Assembly: GCA_040954595.2 (NCBI GenBank)
Contig: CM082588.2
Span: 11,297,398 to 11,361,397 of the forward strand
Direction: 5' to 3'
From: Balanoglossus misakiensis
Lineage: Eukaryota; Animalia; Hemichordata
Length of the DNA stretch: 64,000 nucleotides
The notes under the pieces were generated by a model. That model searched no databases. It was not told where the DNA came from and was given only the letters and a program-made list of their open reading frames with translations. Made by a program: the position numbers and the translations under genes. Every line of letters starts with the position of its first letter. Position 1 is the stretch's first letter. Positions 53,465 through 64,000 of this stretch are shown piece after piece.

Positions 53465-54890
53465 CCTGATGCTCCGTGAGAACTGTCAAGTAGCCACGGT
53501 TCTAGGCGACATAGGATGGATGTCCACGGTACGGGAGGAGGCCATGCATGTATACGGGAAGGAAAAGACCGAAGCCAACCTGCCCGTACCATCCGACGCA
53601 GCCATAAAAACCTGCACACTACCTCGGGAGTTCAATCCAGGCCGCGTACGTGGGGGATTCGTTGGCCATATCTCCCCGCAAGAGCCCACAAGAACCACCA
53701 CCGCAGCTGACGACCTGGAGGAAACTTTGAGCATCTTCTGGGATCCGCAGCTGGAAAAACAGGTACTCGGTGGCGACAAGGACCAGGCGATGGAGGTGTT
53801 GGAAGGGCCAGACCCACCCCGCACCCGTGTATCACCCCCAATAGCAGTAGCGAGAGACGGGGGAAACCAACGGCTGCTGCAGGAGCCATCACCCCCACGC
53901 CAAGAAATGCTGCCGCTGCAGTCACTGATCAACCCATTGGAGCTGGAAGCGACGTTGGAGGCGGGGGAATATCTAATCCCCTGGGAACTTCGACGCCACC
54001 CCGGCAGCCATACTAGGTCTAGATCCCCAACCCGGTCGCCGCGACCGGAGCGTTCTCGAGAGGAAAGGCGGGACCGCCCACCTTCCCGTGAACGACCATC
54101 CTTTTCACGCTGGGGAGATCTCAGCCCCAGACGTCGATCACCGATCCGGTATCCGACGCCGGAACCACCCAAAGAAGACGAACGCCGCTGGAGGAGCGCC
54201 AGGCCGGCCCGAAGGAGCCCCCTATCCTCTGTTCCACATTACTCATCAGGCCCTTCTCCATGTCCGTTCCCGGGAGGCCGGAGGTCCACGCGCAAACTGA
54301 AGAAACACGCCTTTCAGTGCCACCTTCCAGTTATTTTTACTGAGAAGCCGGTAGTATTCCGCGAGCGGGACGCGGTGGAGGCGTTAGAGAAACTCACCTA
54401 TACTGGCTGTGTGGTCCAGGAAATGAAATACCCGACCTGCTAGACTTCTATATCCGCAGGGGCGGACCTGGACGGATCCCTACGGAATCCTTTTGTTCAC
54501 CGGAGTCCATGGTGATGATGAAGCGCCTGTGCGTCTTCCAGGGGTGGGAGGTGCCGAACATGTTCCGACTGAGCTCCCCCACCACACCAGCGATTCTCAT
54601 CCACTGGCGTGTCCTTAGCATACTGCTGAGGTGGGTATCCCAATCACGACAGGAAGAATTCCGGGAAATCCGACCTCACCGGAAAACATCATCAATCCGG
54701 ACACAGCAACCAGAGAGGACGGGGGCGGAAGCAGTCGCACAGAATCCATCGACGCAGGGGGAGCGAGGACGCGCCAGGGGGTTTTGATGCATTTTTTATC
54801 CCCCAAGCGTGCGCGGAGGAGTGCCGAGTGGAAGACGCGCCCACCACCATAGATGACCTCACTGACTACGATGTTGGTGTCCCCCCCCCC
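53465..54890 (+). mobile_element. GC-rich inserted coding remnant (RS/P-rich region, CP..G..H..H motif, downstream globular segment); probably transposon-derived
   Basis: Abrupt GC shift. The frame is open to ~54400, and one frameshift joins it to LCGPGNEIPDLLDF..MKRLCVFQGWEVP..PAILIHWRVLSILL. No intron is evident. Confidence 0.5.
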
Positions 54891-56245
54891 GCATGTTTAA
54901 AGGTTTCTATAGAAAAGCATTGTTGAGGTTCACAAAACTTTGAAGAAGCTTTGCAACCCTAACTTAGGCCAAAGATTTGAATGTTAAGGTTTCACAAACG
55001 TAGTTACAGCTGAGGTTCAACTAAGACTAGTATAAGAGGCTTCAGCACGCCAAGTCTTGTAGCAAGCTTCAACACAAAGCTTTTTGCAACATTGTTCAAA
55101 GCGTTGTCAAAGGTACTGCACAACCCTGGTGAAGTTGTGCTATATTTTCAATTAAATGGCTTAAGCCATTTGTCTCTCCAACCAGAATTGCACCAGAGTT
55201 AAATACACACAGCTTGAAATTGTAAAATGTTGCAAAATCAAACGATCACATCCTTACACCTATTATTAGAACCAGAAGTTGAGTCAAAATTTTCCTACCA
55301 AGAAATTTTCTTTCCTATGAAGTTTTTTGCTTATTGGCATTCATATGGGAGCCTAGACCTATTCCAGCTGAGTTGCCAAAATGGCAATGTTGGACAATTC
55401 TTCTAATATGCATGATCAAAAATGGCCGCCAAATACCTTCTCTAAAATAAAACTTGGCCCTTTTTTCTCAAAATTATGTGTAATATCTAAAATTTCAGGA
55501 TTTGCATCCATATTGGTTATGTATTGCAAATATGGCAGTGTTTGGCAACTTTTCTATTTTGCATAATCAAAAATGGCCGCCAATCACCACTAAAAGTGAA
55601 ATTTTGCCATGTTTCCCAAAATGATGCGCAATATCGTATTTTCAGGATTAGCACATTCATATGGGTACCTTTAACAATACAACTGTGTTGCAAATTTGGC
55701 AGTGTTACCGTACTAATCATGAAGCAAGGAAGTGCAACCTCTGTATCCCAAATATATGTCTATCCCCACTGATAGGAGTCACAAAGAGCCAGCCCCTCTG
55801 CATCATCCTGTTCCTCAATCTCACGATGGGAATCCTTTTCAGAATTCCGACCTCAAAACATCCAGGGATTCACCATCATTCACCACACCCTCGTCAGTAT
55901 CCACCATGTTTAGATCCAATGCCTGAACATGTTGTCTCTTTATCTATGGATTGCGTTAAAGGCCAGTGGGAGTTTCATCTCCTTTTTTTGCAATTTTGAC
56001 CATTTTTATCTGGTGCATAATGCTAGAGTACATATCATCCATACAGGATGATGCATGTACAGTGATGGGAAATGTATCAATCCACTCCTGCACTAGATTT
56101 GCATACAGTGCCATACCTTTTAGGGCTATTTTCTTGACCCTTTTGATAGTCTGCTGGCCAAAAGTGGCTGGCCAAAGTGGCCAGCAGAGACATTCTTCCA
56201 ATACCCTTCATAGTGCCAACAGACAAGGCTTGGATATACAACCTG

Positions 56246-59200
56246 TGTTGCTTGTAAGGCACACATCTCCAATTGGTACATTGGGCCAATTATACTGTAC
56301 ATGTACAGCTAGGAAAAAAATATACTTCATCATAGTTTCCATGGTCAGCAGCTTCAATAACTTGTTGCCTTTTCTTACTGAACATTTAGACTTATAAAGA
56401 AGTATAACAAGAATAAAGTTGTCCAATTAGTGTTGGCAGGGGGGTGGGGGATGTGTTCTCCCATACATAGGTGTATAGGTATGTAGTCTTTAAGAAAAAC
56501 TTGGGGTAAATGACCAGAAAATTTGACTTATAATACAAATAGGTCGGGTTTTGGGCATTTACACGTGTTGATGTTATCGACTGGGGCGACAGACTACCAT
56601 CCGAAAAAATTTCAAGTACCCCCCCCCCCCCCTCGGGTGCCGGCCAGTGGGATGGAGGTGATAGAAACTGTTGCAGATACAATAGAGGCCTACAACCTGA
56701 AAACCTTCTGGCTTTAACCGAGGACTTGCCATTAAAGATACCTGTAGGCCCCTATATGCTGCTCCCACATACACTCCCAGTCCTAAACCTTGCATCTGAT
56801 TTGTGGTGCAGATGAAGAATTAAGATTGGCTTGACAATTAGCACACTTAATTGCCTGTTATGAGATATAATACATACAATCATGGGACAAGAATGGCAAA
56901 AGTCAAATTATCCAGCAGGTGTTTGAATTATGCAAATTAGAGCAGTTGTCTAATATTGCCATGTCAACCATGTTGAAATTGTTTTAGGTACCCATATTAA
57001 TGGAAACCCTGCAAATTCGATATTACACACCATTTAAAACAAATATGGGAAATTAACATGTTAGAGAAATTTGGCGGCCATTTTGGATTATGCAAATTAG
57101 AACAGTTGTCTAATATTGCCATGTCAACCATGTTGAAATTGTTTTAGGTACCCAGGAGAGTTGAATGAAAATGCCATTTGCAATGCAGTTGTCTTGTATT
57201 GGGTGCCCATATTAAGGCATTCTTGAAAACGAAACATTATTCATCATTTTGACGCAAACAGAAAAGGTGTTCAAATGCAAATTAGAAGAGTTGCCCAACC
57301 CTGCCATATTTGCAATACAGTTGTAGTGACTGTCAACTCGACTACAGACAGTCTCGATGAACACAAGACATGATCCCAATTTGCAAGCTGAGTTGAAACT
57401 GACTGCTGCAGTAACTTAGCTGTGGGAATGTCTTGTGTGATTTAAAACAATGATGACCAAATTTAACACAGTTTCTCTGAGGTAACCATTTAGCTTTCGT
57501 GACTAAGTTTGTTTAAGAATCCTTTATTCTACCCAAGGAACAAATTTCCTTAGAATTTCACAGCTGAGACACAGTTTACAGATATACAAAAAGTGCGTAC
57601 TACAAACATAAGAAATTGTTTGCATTTTTTTTCTGATGGCAATGCATTTGACTGTAAACAGACATTGACGTCCTTTAGTAAGGGACTGTTCAGTTTTGGT
57701 GGAGGGGGGGGCAAAAGTTTGTGTCATTGGTTTTCAAAATCAGGCCGACACCCCCTTCAACCAGGACCAAAAAAATGATGACCCCCCCCCCCTTTGACAG
57801 GACCAAAATATGATGACCCTCCTCCCACCCTGAAAACATTCGCCATCCTTATCTTATGTACACTGACTGTATGCAATAAAGGTAAAGGGTCTCCTCACAC
57901 CTCAATTCTAAATTTCTTAAAGAAATTTATAATTTGAAGTGTATAATAGTATAGCGTTGCAATAAAGAAGTCTATGGATAAATTAAAAGGACACGTCAAT
58001 ACAATAGTTGGTAGAATTGGTAAAACAAGAAAAGTGGAAGGGGTGGGTGTACGTAGGACAATTTTGTAAAATACAATTAATGCATTTTAATGAACTCATA
58101 GGCAAATTAACTTAATGTTGGGGAGGACAAATTTGACTTTTGCCACTCAAAGTTAACATCAGTGGGGGTGGGATGGCAAGTATTCTGCCCTGGTACACTA
58201 TATGTGGCGAAGAAATAAGGGGATGGGTGTGGGAGGGGATGTCCCCCTTCCACATAAGAAAACTTTGTAAAATATGTAGCTCAAAGTTGCATTTTAATGA
58301 AGTCAAAAGCAAATTATCTCAATGTTTGAAAGGACCAATTTTACTGTTGCCACTCCACTCAAAGTTAGCATCGGTGGGTACATGTATATGACCTCCCCCC
58401 TAAACGTTTGAAAAAAAGATGACTCCCTCTTTTGGATTTCAAAATTTAAGTGACCCCCTGGATTTTGCCAGCCTCCCCCCACCGTAAAAACTGAATGGTC
58501 CCTAAGCGCTATTTTGTCAGTGAAATGGCTCCATTATTATCCCTCCAACCATAGTTGAAACGGAGTTAAATATGTACAGCTTGAAATCATAAAATGTTGC
58601 AAAATTGAACCAAGAGTTTGGTCAATGATCAAGTTCTTACAGCTATTACTAGAACCATACAGTCTCAGCGAACAAGAGACATTGGTCCGATTTGCAAGCC
58701 GAGTTGGAACTGACTTTGCCTGCACACAGATGTGCCAATTTCAGCGAATCTTATCGTATTTAAAAATGAATATGGAGAATTGTTATCTGTGTTCCTATTG
58801 CTAGCCTACATACATGTAGCTGTTGTCATTCTAGTGTTTTTTTTTCTGTATACCAAAATTGTCTGGACGATGAGCATGCAGAATTTTTCTGATGCTTCTT
58901 ACTGGCAGAAGGACCACCAGTTGCAGATTTTCATTTCTACGGCACAAGGGAATTTTATACTTTGCGTGCAAATATAAATCCTGTTAAATTCTATATATTC
59001 TTTATTGGGGATTCAAAAGTATAATAATAATTGATAGTGTTAGTACCTCTATTCCAAAAAAGCATGCTGTGAGTGTGCGTGTGATTGTGATCAATATCGT
59101 AGTTTCAAAATTTGCAGTGTGCCAGTTCAACACATAGCATAACAATGGTAAAGCACATGTGTGAATTTCGTGAAATTGGGGAGTGTATCTTACACGGCCA

Positions 59201-62200
59201 TGGCTATCACATTTGCACATGATGGCTTACATTAAAATGTGTTGTCTATCACGGTTATTTAAATAACATAAAACATCTGATATCTACAGAAACAGTACTA
59301 TTATAGTGGAAAACATGACAAAAATATTCAAGTAGTATATCACTCACATTTTGTGTTATGAAGACATGGCCAAACTGTTTGGGATACTTTTATCAAATGT
59401 TATGTGATACTATATCAGCCTGTTTTGGGGATCTTGACAATGACATATATTAGACTTTTCATACACAGCATGAGGTAGAATTTTAGAAACGATTAGGTAA
59501 TAAGACTGCATATCTCATAGGAAATAATCACTTTAGAAGTATTACGATAAAAAAAATCATTTCACTCTTATTGGGAGCATACATTTGTAAAACATACATA
59601 CAGACATGAATACAGACATAGAGAGATCAAGGTGTATACGATTTTCAGTGGGGGAGGGGGTCCTCCTTAATTGCAAACTACTATGTAATGGTAATTTCTC
59701 TTTTATAATAACAATTTTTGAGGTATACGGAAAAAATATCTAACAAAATAAACAAAAAAACTAATTCAGCTATGATTTGATTCAATTATCATTCTAAAGA
59801 AGCACATATCATTAACTCACAACTAAACTTTTAAAGTGATCAACCATGCACTTTCTGAGAATTTTTTTTATGCCCCCAAAATACAATTTTTTCATTTTCA
59901 GAACATTTATGATATATCACAGTAAAAAAATCCCCTGGAAACTGCAAAACCAAAAATTGCTAAGCAATCAAACAAAAATGGCAAAAATTGTCCACAAAAA
60001 CTATATTGACACTTCCATCATAGGATTTGTTAAAATGTCGTGATAACACACCTAGGAACCTGCAAACCAAATTTCAAAGAACTGTGAGTAGAGGTTTTTG
60101 AGTATTTGACCAAAATCACCCCAAAAATATACTTCAAACCAGATATTAACTGAATATGCTCACGTGCAGTACTGTGATTGGTTGACAGAATAACAAGATT
60201 AGAAAAACCAGTGTTAAACCAATTTGGTTTATAGTGTATATGGTGTAAGGGTTGTGTGTTGCACCATTGTGAAATGTAAACATGTTTGTGGAATTGTTGC
60301 CTTGTCAATTTTTGTAAGGGGTTATGAGTCATGTACCCCATCCTGAACTGCATAAAAAGATAAGTCTATGGAATTCTAAAACTCGTTGATCAAAAATGGC
60401 AAGAAATATACCAAAAAGTATGAATATTTCACCAGATTTCAACAAATCTGATTTCTGTTCATGCCTAAGAACCTCTTTAACAAGTTTCAATAAGGAAGAC
60501 ATTTGGCAAACAACAGGTAATTCAGACAAATCTGACTGATATCACATATATGAATTCCCATTCAAAGTTTCCAATCAATTGGACTTGTGGTTTTACTGAA
60601 GACTATTTGGCCAAACCCTGCAGAATTCCCAAAAAATACAGTTAGGCAAATTTCTTTACAATTTGATCATATCTGACTGAGATCACCCCTAGAAACCCAA
60701 ATACAAAGTATCAAAACAATTGCACTTACAGTTTCACAGGATTTGATTTTTTGACAAAAACAGGAAATATTGCCCAAAAATGCATTTTTGCAAATTTCAC
60801 CACCGTTTGCACAAATGTGATTCAGGTAAGCCCTATGAACCTCCATACCAAGTTTCCAATCAATTGGACATGTAATTTCAGAGAAGAAATTTTTTTAACA
60901 AAACTACAGAAAATTCTCCCAAAAATTCATAAAAAATAGCAAACGCCAGATACTGACTCCACCTGAACAAAATCATACGAGGTCTTCCCATAGTACTTGC
61001 ACACCAATGCACGCCAATTTTTAACTGAATCTGATCCGCTGTTATTAAGTTTTTCAATTTTGACTATTTGAACATTTTTCGAGTTATTAATACCAGTATG
61101 CATTTTTTCGTAATAACAATTTCTATGTACACACTAAATATCAGTAGTTTCAAGTTTTTGATGTTGATGGACATACACATACATACATCAATACATTTAG
61201 ACGAAACTGATCCATTCGCAAAATACATAATTCTGTATGAGGCACACATACAGACATACATAGACGACGGACACCAACTTATGCTATAAGCTGACATTGA
61301 TATACATGTTAGCCAAAAACCAAAATCAACCTCAAAATAGACATTAAAATATATTGCACCACCATGAGAAGACAAATTCATTCTTCGACAAATTTTCTGG
61401 GGCGTCATTGATATAGCATGGCATATTGTCAAAGTACGTAGTCTCTGCGATAAGATTCCATACACACAAAATGGTAACCTTGGAAGTCCAGCTGACGTAG
61501 TTATGCAATGGCGTCTCGTGTATTCCGTCGCCAAAAAATCATCGTAAAATTGATAGTCGGGGTCACAATTCAAGACGACTTTCTCTAAATTCTTTATGAA
61601 TGGATTAAATCGAAATCGAAATGTTGACGTATGACGTACGGAATGAGATCTGAACAGACATTCAATGTTATCATTCTCGCTTGATCACATATTGGGTAAG
61701 CCATCTAGCAATCGCTATATAGTATTGGCGATAACAGACTGTCTATAAACTCACAAAACGGATTTAACTGTTGAGTGTGATCAACCGCCACGTTGTTTTT
61801 CTCTGAACAATAGACAAATAGAAAGCCTGGTGACATTTTGAGATTGACTGCGTGAGGACCACAATATGCGTGAATCATTTACGGTTTGTCTTGATGAATG
61901 GGTCACGTCATAGTCATAACGCGGATTCGGCTGCACGCCAACTATCCGCCATATTGTCTCCACTAACTTACTCGTAAGTAGTTTCAAACTTCATTTGAAA
62001 AGAGTATTCGTCTGACGGTCCTGTAGATTAACAATTTACGCTCTATGAAGCAACTAAACAACGTTAGCTTCCTTTTGGATTCACGTAGGGAAGTTATTCG
62101 TAACGACGGGTACATCGTCTGAGCATGGACAGAACAACGGCAATATCGCCAGGAATGTCTCATTTCACAGCGCCCTCAAACAGTCGATCTCCTCAAACTA

Positions 62201-64000
62201 TCGTTTCCACTGGTCATATATGCGACATTAACGAAAGCTCACATAGACAACCATGTAATAGAAAAATTAAAACTTAAATAACTTCATTAATATCAAAGCC
62301 ACACCCACCAAAACCTTTTCAGTTCTTGCCATATGATATCTGAACCTGTGTACTAAATTTGGTTGAAATCGGTTCAGCGGTTCTTGAGATATCGGGTATA
62401 CAGACAGACACACACACACACATACATACATACACACACACACACAGACATCGCTAAACCATAAGCTCATGTGATTTTCACGTGAGCTAAAAATGAAAAA
62501 AATCCATGAGGTCTCAAAATGAATACACAACAATTTCTAAAGCAATTTGACCAGTTTCCACCAATTTCACATTGGTCCCAGTGGTAGATAGACATATACG
62601 AAATGGGAACCAAAGAATAAAACACATTTCAAAGATTTAACACATCTTTTTCCTCAAGAGTGTTTTTCAAATCTTCTCCACATCCTTCAAAATCGCCACC
62701 ATAAAGCCATATTACTTGTAGTGCTTATGTTTGTCATATCTAGGTGATGCATACCACCAGAGATGTGTACCCTTTGTATAGAGGCAGATTAAACAGGTGT
62801 GGTACCTGTTAAATATCTGACTTCTTTAAATTACAGCCACAATCGTCTGTCAACAAGATGTTCATGTAGATGTATACCTAGCAGTAAGCTTATTTAGATT
62901 GACAAATCTTAGATGAAAATAATGAAAAAGTGGCACAACCCTTAGGGCTTTAACTAGCAGCTTTATGCCAGATGAGTTCGAGTCTAACGATGTAATGTTG
63001 ACATTAAGGTTTCATTGAAATAACTTGGGAACCTCTCTACTATTTGAAGCACCAAAGCTGTGAAAAACTTCCTTCTTTCCCTGAGTTTTTTATGAATATG
63101 TTCTAATCTGGGACAAAAATTTGTTGCCAAGTGTCTTGACCCCTTTACCAAATGTCAGGGACCGGATTTTTTTCAGCAAAATTTCAAATAACCTTGGCTG
63201 ATTTTTTACCTACTTTCACATATTGGGTAGCATGAAACAAAGTATGGCTTCCAGAAGGGTTATAGATACAGTGTTTTGTAATAACAAGAATTAACATGAA
63301 ACTATAATTTCATGGTTATTTAGGACCGCCTTAATCTATGGTAACGTCATTAAATATTTGCATATCTAATTGTAGGCTATCCAGTGGAGGGAGAAACCTA
63401 AACATGGACAACATTGGGGTCAAAATTGTTTGACAGAACTTTGGGTGACTTTGGGTAAACCTTGACCAACATTACTATATCTTGGCATCCAGAGCAGATG
63501 CAACCTTGACACTTGGAGTGATGGAAATGCATAACGGAGTATTATGTCTCAGCTAGTCACAGTGCTTTTGCTGTGTTTTATGTCTTTTATTTAGCCACAT
63601 GAGATGTTTTTTATTACACATTGGCTGTGTTTGCCAGTACTTTTTAGCTGGTCACACTGCCTTAAGACAATGTATTCTCAAAATACCATGCAATCATTAT
63701 GAAGCATATACAGCAGACAAAGTTATGGTATGACTGAACTTGCCCTTCTTTGTGACTAAAGCATGACCGGCCTGTCTTAGGTGGCCCCTACCTAGGGGCT
63801 TTACCCGTCATTGGCTCACAGTCTGAGAAATCAGCTCTGCAGGGAAGTTAACGATGTAACCCACCATTAAAGCTTGGATTTCCGCTTTTTGTATCTGATG
63901 CCTGGCTGAGGCCTTCTTAGGATCTACCCAACGCTGAGTAGGCTATCCCGTCATTGGCACACAGTCTCAGGGAGGGAGTCAAAAGTTCAGTATACCAGCA
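56246..64000 (-). repeat. Right arm of giant inverted repeat D (runs off the window)
   Basis: Reverse complement of 13966-18441 with insertions (57682-58502, ~59170-59900, ~60140-62500). The window end matches 13966-14010 almost perfectly. Confidence 0.85.
57682..58502. mobile_element. PIF/Harbinger (Tourist)-like MITE, TAA TSD
   Basis: TAA|gggactgttcagtttt ... aaaactgaatggtccc|TAA; absent from the paralogous site at ~16565. Confidence 0.8.

Noticed and set aside
53211-54443. 410 aa ORF as a single real gene
   Set aside because: It starts in an intron pyrimidine tract and runs through exon C's GT donor into a compositionally distinct insert; most likely a chance chimera
55780-56245. Decayed coding-like stretch on the minus strand
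   Set aside because: Interrupted frames and no identifiable family
61320-62230. Coding-like insert in arm D (ORF 61064-61573)
   Set aside because: Multiple stops and no motif I can identify; the ORF's 3' part runs into an interspersed repeat

Overview
AT-rich animal genomic DNA with GT-AG introns, microsatellites and many MITEs. The species cannot be fixed from sequence alone; a marine invertebrate is plausible. I see no prokaryotic genes, rRNA, tRNA or CRISPR. Main content: (1) the 3' part (14 exons, minus strand, 27701-36222) of an uninflatable/SVEP1-like membrane protein (pentraxin-HYR-sushi-furin site-4x GCC2/GCC3-2x EGF-TM-NPxY), with an in-frame stop and three broken splice sites, so probably a truncated pseudogene copy; (2) a broken small secreted pentraxin gene (2475-4660) between ~1.7-1.8 kb inverted repeats; (3) nested kilobase-scale inverted repeats (97-1941/8260-9906, 13966-18441/56246-64000+, 37092-40950/44890-50540); (4) inside these, scrambled copies of a spliced gene whose three phase-0 coding exons rebuild a ~206 aa tandem OB-fold protein resembling a HIN-200 or RPA-type DNA-binding domain, the most interesting signal here; (5) 82-86 bp, 160 bp and 309 bp tandem arrays, MITEs with target-site duplications, a LINE RT fragment, and a large excess of TACATGTA that looks like transposon excision footprints. 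All alignments and family assignments were made by eye or from memory and need computational confirmation.
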